A DNA stretch of 20,000 nucleotides, from positions 51,009 to 71,008 of the forward strand of contig NKIB01012763.1 of NCBI GenBank assembly GCA_002256025.1. The letters run 5' to 3'. Made by a program: the position numbers and the translations under genes. Below, piece after piece: positions 10,338 through 17,954 of this stretch (the first letter of the stretch is position 1; the number at the start of each line of letters is the position of its first letter). The DNA comes from Asterionella formosa (Eukaryota). The notes under the pieces were generated by a model, which saw only the letters and a program-made list of their open reading frames with translations, had not been told where the DNA came from and did not search any database.

Positions 10338-10905
10338 ATTGCAAATATAGCGGTCCCTGTTACCCCGGAAGGCTGTTGCATCGACTCTGACAATGTTTAT
10401 AGATTTGACGTTGTGTATGTTCATAGTATTGGCAAGGCTATCAGGGGATAGTGGTTGTGTCTGTTCATGTATATACTTCATAGTCGGTATAAGGATCATC
10501 ATTCAGAAAATCTATTCTATTCGTATCCATAAGTTCCAGTCGTTGTCAGCAAACTCTAATTGGTGTTGTCAGCAAATTCTAGTCGTTGTTGGCAAGTTCT
10601 AATTGTTACAAGCAAATTCTAGTCATTGTCAGCAAGCTCTACTAAACGTAGAAAGAGATGATTCCTATTTGTATTCTGAAGCTAGAAGACGGTTTACTGA
10701 ACAGGTTCATCAGTCAGTAAATCCGAGTCGTGTTCAGAGACAGATTCTGCAAATCGTCATCGATCAATAAGAGTAGCGTTTTCCTAAATTACTTAAGGAA
10801 TATTATTTGCATCGAAAGCTGGCCTATCTCATCAGGCGACAGGCATGAAAAGAATCATTGGGAGTGGGTCAAACTGAAAAGGTGCGCATAAAATTTGCGC
10901 TAACG
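10338..10905 (+). repeat. Dispersed ~0.55-kb repeat, copy B (contains ~5.5 units of the 20-bp minisatellite at 10531-10640)
   Basis: It is colinear with 6753-7240. The length difference is mostly minisatellite copy number. Confidence 0.9.
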
Positions 10906-10967
10906 GCTTGAAGGAAGATATGAGTGACCCTATCATGAAGGAATTTAATTGGTTGATCACTAAACTA

Positions 10968-12389
10968 CACAGGTAATGAAAGTACCCTGTATTGGCAATT
11001 TTGGGTCCGTTTTAAACCAGTTTTCGTCCTCCAATCCAGGCATACCTTTTAATGGGCGTCACAAGCAATGTTTTCCATGACTAGGAATCGGTCATTTTCT
11101 ATATTTTTCCGAAAAAAAGGCGATGAACCATTCCAATAAAAAATTGGCCAAAGGTCGGTATGTCAAGTCGAATACAAGGTGAAAATAACTCCAGGTGTCA
11201 CTCTAATTCAAGGTGTTCCCATATTTGTCGTGAGAATATCATTCAATTCAAGGTATACGCTGTATTGGGCTCAAACTTTCAAATTTGCTATTTTTTCTGG
11301 CTGGCATATGATCATATCTTGTCGCTCAAAATATTCTGTAATGAGTGTGTATAGCATATATCCCGGAATATCATCACTGAGTTGATCCTATTTATTGTCA
11401 TGACAAAAAAACCTCCAAGGCAGTTCTTATCTTTTACAATGATGTGCGGAAACCATTTTCTCACCACTGTTTCAGTAACATCCAGCTGAACAGGGAATAC
11501 TCTCAATCATAGGTAAGGTGCCATGTTTAAGGAATTAAAAAAATTTACGCCATAGCATGTAGATCCTGCCACTTTCTTGAACATGACAAAAACTTGTGTG
11601 TGCATTATTTCTCACCTATAATCGTGATTCTTTTTATTTCAGGGAAGCTTCTGATACACCATCTATGTGTCAATGCTCCTTTCGATGCAATTGAAGGATC
11701 AGTGAATTTATGAGTGATTGGAAAGGAAACACTCAGCTCCGGTTGTTTTTTGAAGAATGATGTAAGTCGTCCACATTGGTGAAGGTTTTGTTGTCATTTT
11801 GTTTGTGCATGCTATTTCACAACCATGGCTGCTCTTCTTGCTTCTGTCGTTGAATTGTTTCACTGTCAACATCGCTCAGAGCGCTCCAATTTGCATTGGC
11901 TGGTAAAGGATTGTTGAATTGTGATGATGGCAAGCAATGCTTGGGCTCAATTTTTAACAGATGACTTAAATATTTCCAGAAATTCTATATTGCTGTAGGA
12001 CTTGAAAAAATTGATTTATTTCTTGTTAAACAACAGAATTTATATTTATGGTGGTAAAATAGTATAGTATTATAGGCAATAGCTAGTTTGCTATTAACCT
12101 TAAAATGATTATCCTCATACTGTATTGCTTACTGGGTTGTGCAAATGAGTTATTGGGTCCCATTCAAGCAGGGCTACTTTGTATTGGGTCCAAACCAAGG
12201 TACACCTTGTATGGGCATCTCCAAAACAAGGTATGCATTAAATTGGCACTGGAATATTTCCTTGTATCATGAAAAGCACGGATTTGCAACCCAAAAGACG
12301 AAGCTAGTGAATACAAGGTCAACCTTGTTTTGGAAATTACTTTTTCACCTTGTATCGGATTCCAATACAAGGTATTTTCGTTTCCTGTG
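10968..12389. mobile_element. Non-autonomous DNA transposon, 1422 bp, 28-bp TIRs, CAC...GTG termini, TA flanks, palindromic subterminal repeats
   Basis: The left TIR CACAGGTAATGAAAGTACCCTGTATTGG (10968-10995) matches the reverse complement of 12362-12389, CACAGGAAACGAAAATACCTTGTATTGG, at 24/28. TA lies at 10966-67 and 12390-91. AATACAAGGT/ACCTTGTAT motifs recur within ~300 bp of both ends. There is no transposase-length ORF. Confidence 0.8.
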
Positions 12390-12439
12390 TAATATGGATT
12401 GCCCAAGCCTCATGTATCAAGAAATTTTTCGTCGTTTTC

Positions 12440-13213
12440 CGCAACTACAAAAGTCAACACAGTAAATTGCTTATTGTAAAGAACTGTCTCATAATTTCAA
12501 TTGTTGGTCATCCTGACCAGTTCCAATTAGCGCGCTTCTCACCATCGATAGCAGGGCTCATTGTGGAGAACCTCCGATGGAGAGATTGCAAAACGAGGAC
12601 TCATGGGTTGAGGAATCTGTCATTTCTGAAACCAGTAGAGTATAAAACGAGTCAGTTTAGTTAAAGCAAGCAGAACAACAAGAATAATTATGTTTTGATA
12701 TGGATAGTGCATATAATATTATTACTATTATTTATGTTCTGTTTCAGTCATTGGCTCTGCTTCCACCACTCAAGCGATTCTTCAATGCACAAAAGCAGCT
12801 CCATTTCAATGAACACATGCAATAATCAACAGTGCACAGGAAGGTTTATTTTTGCTGCTATGGGATTCATGGTCTGACTGCAAGAGCCAAACCAATCCTG
12901 CATACCCTGAGCACAGGTGATGTTGATCAAGCAGCCTCAGCAACTTCAGCAGTTCAGTGTGTGGGCATTTTTAGAATCATGGAGTCAGTTTGCTTGTCCC
13001 TTTACATCTTTGCTTTTCATTAGAGGTAGGCTCTCAACTGGTGCATGCATTTTCCTCTTGTTGCTACCACTGGTTCCCCATGTATGATGATTCAACAACT
13101 AGAACTTCCATTCAATTTTAAGTGCCTCAACCTCCCTGAAATATTGCTATTTCTTTTGGGACATTTGCATTTACTTCAGGACTGCTGAGTCACAGTCATT
13201 TTTCTACTGTGCT
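12440..13213 (-). pseudogene. Possible decayed, spliced gene or TE remnant
   Basis: There are two strong minus-strand acceptors (CTCAC...TTTGTTCTTGTTTCAG at 13214-16; CTGAC...GGTTTCAG at ~12627-29). They are followed by protein-like frames broken mainly by TGA (STVEK*L*LSSPEVNANVPKEIAIF; NDRFLNP*VLVLQSLHRRFSTMSPAIDGEKRANWNWSG*PTIEIMRQFF). At least one frameshift is needed and no family was recognised. Confidence 0.3.
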
Positions 13214-13414
13214 CTGAAACAAGAACAAACGAAATATTGTGAGACCATGAAACAAAGGATGATTTAGAGGGCACCCACTACTGCAAGGAGGGGAGATAAA
13301 AATGCTTGTGTGCACACAAGCATTAAAAATTTCACATCCTATTGAAGTAATCAGCTAAATATCATCTAGTTGATTTCATTCATGCTATGTGACAGCATCC
13401 AGTGGTCAAGCGCC

Positions 13415-16400
13415 TCAATTACCGCCATTAATCCCTGTCCACTTATCCACTCCAAGTAAGCTTTCAAACGCAGCTCCATCGTTGCTGAGAAAGGCTGCAG
13501 CAACTTCCGCTCCGAATCTTTTTTTCAATGACATAATAGTGTTCTTGATAACTTGCTCGGCTAACGAAGAGTTTGGGTCAAGGTTCTTGCACCGCGCACA
13601 GAGCCAAGCACTGTCAATGGCATTTAATTTTAGCATGGGGGCCAGCATTTCGCCGAGGTATTCACAGGCCCTTGGAGAATCAAGAAGAAAACTGTCGATG
13701 AACTCAATGCTGTCGACCAGACCTCTACACACGTCATCTTTGGTCAATTTCTGATTTTCAAAAAGAGTGACAAAAAGAGAAACGATGGCGGTGCGTTCGA
13801 TATCCTTACAATCCATGCTGGCATCTGCGAGACGCGAAACAAGGGCGAATCCAGCATCTGGAGTTCCAGCCAATTCCTCCATTGAAAGTAGCAGTTCAGC
13901 AATGTTGCTAGGGTCCTGCATAAACTCATACTTCATGCTGTCCACACGGCGATCAAACATGACTTTGCTCAAAGCCGTGGATTCCGCGAAGTTGTCAGGG
14001 GCCTTCGGTGGCGAACGAGAGCGCCCTGCAGCAGGCGACTTCTTTGGTGCCAGACGGCCTTGGGAAGGTGTCTCGATGAGAATACCCGTACCAGGAATCG
14101 CTCCGCCTCGTGGCGCAATTGTGGTGAATCCATCGTCATCAGTCTCGACAGGCTTAGCTTGACGAGTGCGGTTTGCAGCGTTGTTGCTGTTGACACCGGA
14201 GGAACGTCGATCTTCGCTTGATCCACGGCCACGAAAATCACGGTTATCGATAGCACGGCGGCTGACTACAGGAGTATTTCTATCATTTCCTCCGGAAATT
14301 GTTCTGTCATTGCCACCACGGCCCCCGCCACCACCACCTCCTCTATATCCACCGCTATTTTTGGCAGATTCTGCCGCTTTGTTACGCTCATCCTGGTCAA
14401 ACTCTTTGCGGATCTCATCAATTGTCTTCGCCTTTTCCTCTTCGCGACGAGGCACCCAGCCATTATGACGCAAGTCTAGAAGGTCTTTGTACATGAAACG
14501 CGACCGAGAGTTCAGCGCATTGTAATTTCCCAATCTTTCAAACTTGGTGAAACAGACGCTCATAAATCCTGCAGCAGCTTTTGTATCGATCACTTTTCCG
14601 ATTGTGGCAAACATGCTGCACAATGCTTCGTGATCTTCGTCGTCCATGTCCATCTCCCCCGTGTCCACGTATTCAGGATTCTTAGACTTAACAGTTTTGT
14701 CCTCTTTAAGCTTCAGCAACGAGCCAATGCAGTAACGCATAATCTTCTCCTTGAGTAAACCCTTTTTGAATAATTGTCCAATGAACTTGATGTTTCCGAG
14801 CATCTGCTTCTTGATCTTAATTCTTCTAAATTCGAGTTCTTCTTCCTTTTCTTTTCGTTCACGGTCGCCTCCTTCTAAGTCCATTTTAGAATGTTCATAT
14901 GCGGCCTTTTCCTTCTTCCAATCTGCATATATGTCTTGTTTGTTAAACTCATCCTCGCACTTGTTGAGCAACGATCGCTTGAAAGAGTTTTGTTTACTGG
15001 AGTCTGATACACATTCAGCCTTCGACAAGAATTTTTCTGAGAGCTGCTGACCACATTCTTCGGCTTCACTGACTGGAAAGTAGACAGTGTAAAACTCGCT
15101 CTCAAGGTCCTTCCTTTTCATGGTCTTGATGAAAATACCACGGCGGATTTGTAAGCTCACCAATTCCAATGCCATTTCACCACGTTCGATTCTAGGTAGT
15201 TCTTCTTCCGACAATGCCGCGTCTTCGCACTCCCCTTGCGTCTCAAACGGGCCAACAATTTCGGAATCGCTGGTAGATACATCGTTAGACCAACGGTAGA
15301 CTTTTCCCTTGTTTTCTTCAGTCACATCTTCATCGCTCTCAACAATATGAACAAAGCTTACGGAACCGGATACATGACTCAAAGAGCAGCAAAGGTCGGC
15401 ATACATATCACCAAAAGCAGGTTCGTCAATAGCTTTTTCGTAGACTTTTTTAATAATCATGACAAGAATGTCATATGATTCAAGTGGGATTTGGCACATA
15501 TCCTGCGACAATTTTTCGAACTTTTCCTTTGTCATTTTGTTCAGAATTGACTTGACTTGCTTCTCCGCCACCACCAGTCGAGATGTATTCTTCTGTGGCT
15601 TCCAGTGGTTATCACTCTTAACTAGCGGCTTGAAATCATCTGACGGTTCGTGCTGGCCACCCCGGCCACCACGATTCTTGGGTTGAGGAGGAGGGGCTTG
15701 ACCACGAGACCATTGCTTCTGACGAGGCTGCACCTGTTGTCCTTGCGGTGGCAGTTCCGGATTACTGCTCTGACGTCGAGGAGGAGGTTGACCCCGGGAC
15801 CATGAAGAGCTTCCTCCTTCACGTTGCGGGCGAGCTTGACGACCTTGACCACGTTCCACGGTCATGTCTGGCAAGTCCGTGGGTCGGCACAAGCACATAT
15901 CTAAATCTTTGAATTTCATAAGCTCTTGCTTTGAGTATACTTTGCGAACGGACTTTCCGAAGGGTGCGAGCTTAGCGGTAGTCGTTAATTCAACAGCAGG
16001 TCCAGGTACCTCAACGACATCGGGGGGAACTGGAAGAACGGCTGGAACTGGTTCCTCCACCTGCGTAATGAGCAATGACTGCAATGATGACGTGAGAGTT
16101 GATTCCTTTGCTTTCTGATCCTCCTCAACTGCAATAGCCTTGACAGCGACATCGTCGTCAGTTCCTTCCTTGGCATCGTCTTCAGTTTTTGCTTTTTCAG
16201 CAGCGTCGTCATCACTTTGCTGCTTAGCTACTGGTTGTGTCGTGTCCACATCAGTCAGATTCTTGGGATCTTCATTGTGGAATTTTGCCTTGCTGTCTGC
16301 AGCGATGCGGGCAAGAGCAGCCTCACGAAGTTTGGCACCAGCATCGTCGGACGTCTGCTTGGACACAGAGGTGGCAGAAGGGATGTGGGGGACAGAGGGA

Positions 16401-17029
16401 GCAGTAGCGGGTGCAACAGCGAGACTGGATTTCTTGGCCCCAAGATCGAGGGGATTACCATGCTTGTCCTGAAGTAAAAGCCATGCATGAGCAAAAAAAG
16501 TTAGAAAACATGAATCATCACCTTGCATCTTGTTACTACCGCTGACACTTACAGTGATTACTAGAGCCCGTTTTGGTTTAGCAGCCGGTGGCTCATATGG
16601 GGTCTGGGGCTGTACAGCCTGCTGCTGCGAGTAATAATTGCCAGGTGGTGGGCTAGGTTGCCATCCTCCACGGCCACCCCCTCCTTGTTGAGGGTAGCTG
16701 GCGTAAGGGTTTTGATATGCTTGAGCCGCCTGATACTGCCCATAGTATTGTTGTTGGGCGGCCTGGGCAGCAGCATACTGCTGAGGATGGTAGATTTGCT
16801 GAGCGTAGGCATTGTAGGCCTGCTGCTGTTGTTGCTGTTGCTGCTGCTGCTGCTGCTGATGTTGTTGCTGGCCTGATGCAGTCTGCTGCAAACTGCTGGA
16901 TGAAGTAGGAGCGGCTGGTTGCCAAGCCGACGGCATCCGCTGGCCCTGGGATCCCTGCAGTGTTGATACAGCCTGCTGCTGCACGCGTTGCGCGTTGGTG
17001 ATCTGATTGAGTGGCGGCTGACCAGACAT
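13415..17029 (-). CDS. EIF4G: Eukaryotic translation initiation factor 4G, ~1176 aa; exons 17029-16553, 16468-13415
   Basis: The eIF4E-binding YxxxxL-phi motif YSKQELM lies at 15937-15917. The MIF4G domain shows VKSILNKMTKEKFEKL, YEKAIDEPAFGDMYADLC, FKRSLLNKCEDEF, MLGNIKFIGQLFK and SRSRFMYKDLLDLRHNGWVPRR. It is followed by an RGG-rich linker and a C-terminal MA3-like domain (~13975-13415). There is an 84-nt intron at 16552-16469 (GTAAGT...CTAAC...TTTTACTTCAG). Confidence 0.96.
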   Translation of the reverse strand: MSGQPPLNQITNAQRVQQQAVSTLQGSQGQRMPSAWQPAAPTSSSSLQQTASGQQQHQQQQQQQQQQQQQAYNAYAQQIYHPQQYAAAQAAQQQYYGQYQAAQAYQNPYASYPQQGGGGRGGWQPSPPPGNYYSQQQAVQPQTPYEPPAAKPKRALVITVSVSGSNKMQGDDSCFLTFFAHAWLLLQDKHGNPLDLGAKKSSLAVAPATAPSVPHIPSATSVSKQTSDDAGAKLREAALARIAADSKAKFHNEDPKNLTDVDTTQPVAKQQSDDDAAEKAKTEDDAKEGTDDDVAVKAIAVEEDQKAKESTLTSSLQSLLITQVEEPVPAVLPVPPDVVEVPGPAVELTTTAKLAPFGKSVRKVYSKQELMKFKDLDMCLCRPTDLPDMTVERGQGRQARPQREGGSSSWSRGQPPPRRQSSNPELPPQGQQVQPRQKQWSRGQAPPPQPKNRGGRGGQHEPSDDFKPLVKSDNHWKPQKNTSRLVVAEKQVKSILNKMTKEKFEKLSQDMCQIPLESYDILVMIIKKVYEKAIDEPAFGDMYADLCCSLSHVSGSVSFVHIVESDEDVTEENKGKVYRWSNDVSTSDSEIVGPFETQGECEDAALSEEELPRIERGEMALELVSLQIRRGIFIKTMKRKDLESEFYTVYFPVSEAEECGQQLSEKFLSKAECVSDSSKQNSFKRSLLNKCEDEFNKQDIYADWKKEKAAYEHSKMDLEGGDRERKEKEEELEFRRIKIKKQMLGNIKFIGQLFKKGLLKEKIMRYCIGSLLKLKEDKTVKSKNPEYVDTGEMDMDDEDHEALCSMFATIGKVIDTKAAAGFMSVCFTKFERLGNYNALNSRSRFMYKDLLDLRHNGWVPRREEEKAKTIDEIRKEFDQDERNKAAESAKNSGGYRGGGGGGGRGGNDRTISGGNDRNTPVVSRRAIDNRDFRGRGSSEDRRSSGVNSNNAANRTRQAKPVETDDDGFTTIAPRGGAIPGTGILIETPSQGRLAPKKSPAAGRSRSPPKAPDNFAESTALSKVMFDRRVDSMKYEFMQDPSNIAELLLSMEELAGTPDAGFALVSRLADASMDCKDIERTAIVSLFVTLFENQKLTKDDVCRGLVDSIEFIDSFLLDSPRACEYLGEMLAPMLKLNAIDSAWLCARCKNLDPNSSLAEQVIKNTIMSLKKRFGAEVAAAFLSNDGAAFESLLGVDKWTGINGGN
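16821..16870 (-). repeat. CAG/CAA trinucleotide tract encoding polyglutamine in the eIF4G N-terminus
   Basis: A (TGC/TGT)n run on the + strand encodes QQQHQQQQQQQQQQQQQ. Confidence 0.9.
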
Positions 17030-17154
17030 GATGGTTTGAGAATGAAGCTGAAGACGACTTCAAACGACACAGATCACCAATAACCGAGACAAGTTGATTC
17101 GGCAAAACCGAGGTTGAACAGTACATATGTTTGCAGCCAAGACGAACCCAGGTT

Positions 17155-17491
17155 TACCGGTATGTATGCACCAGGTACTGAACTCACTCTATGTCCTTTT
17201 CGACGACTGCTCGGAATCATAAAATAAAATTGAGGTGGGGCAGACAGAGGAGCACCGGTACCTGGTACCAGTAAAAAATTGCATTAAGAATGGACGACAC
17301 ATGTGTACCGGTACCGGTACATGGCTTTGCTTGTGATGTTGAGCTTCAGTGCCAGATACCAGGTATACTACGGACGTAGCTAGTGGTGCGTATGTGTCCG
17401 CCATCTCAGGCAATAAATCTACCGGTATCGTAAGTATGTATGCCAGTAATTACCATACCAGGTACCTGGTACCAGGTACCACCGGTACCAG
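17155..17491. promoter_or_regulatory. Cluster of TACCGGTA/TACCAGGTA/GGTACC motifs upstream of eIF4G
   Basis: It includes the perfect palindromes TGTACCGGTACCGGTACA (17304-17321) and GGTACCTGGTACCAGGTACC (17461-17480), and lies 126-460 nt upstream of the ATG. The regulatory role is inferred from position only. Confidence 0.45.
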
Positions 17492-17837
17492 ACGACTGTC
17501 CTCTGAAAACATGTGTGCCGTATCTTACACTCACACCAATTTCGCGTTCTCGGCGCTAAATACCATCAGTTGCTGTTAATTTATCTGAAAAGGAAAGCAA
17601 TGTGATGCAAAACAGGCGCTTCTTGCTTGCAGCCCCACACCAGTTACACATTGCGAGCTTCTTTTTTCCCAAATAATTGTATGATGTAACTTAATCCACA
17701 CATTACGCACAACTAAATAAAATAGTTAAAAGTAATTTTAGCTTTCACCAATACAACCACTTCATCTATGCTTAGATACAGTCATTGCTTGACCTAGGGG
17801 TATGATCTATCTTCAGATACTACGGTAAGGACCTCAT

Positions 17838-17954
17838 TTCTGGAGAGAAACTGCAGGTATATATTGTAGATTTGTAACCATCACATAAATAGTCAAAAAA
17901 GGGGCTACAAAGTTTAAAAAATCTATGATACATAACTGGAGTTTCTCTCCAGAA
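17838..17954. repeat. Inverted repeat/hairpin: 36-bp arms, 45-nt loop
   Basis: TTCTGGAGAGAAACTGCAGGTATATATTGTAGATTT (17838-17873) matches the reverse complement of 17919-17954, TTCTGGAGAGAAACTCCAGTTATGTATCATAGATTT, at 31/36. Confidence 0.9.

Noticed and set aside
9738..10640. CRISPR-like array from the recurring 20-bp unit
   Set aside because: Units are head-to-tail with no unique spacers, there are no cas genes and the context is eukaryotic. It is a minisatellite.
12139..12664. ORFs at the TIR element end as a transposase
   Set aside because: They are short, built from subterminal repeats or cross the element boundary, and have no DDE/D motif context.
12440..13213. TGA recoding (selenocysteine or alternative code) to explain in-frame TGAs
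   Set aside because: Frameshifts and TAG/TAA stops also occur, and the intact genes translate with the standard code. Mutational decay is simpler.
13389..17126. Numerous antisense and alternate-frame ORFs over eIF4G (likewise over the KH, TRF-like and CNOT9 genes)
   Set aside because: They are shadow ORFs of long coding exons with no recognisable motifs.
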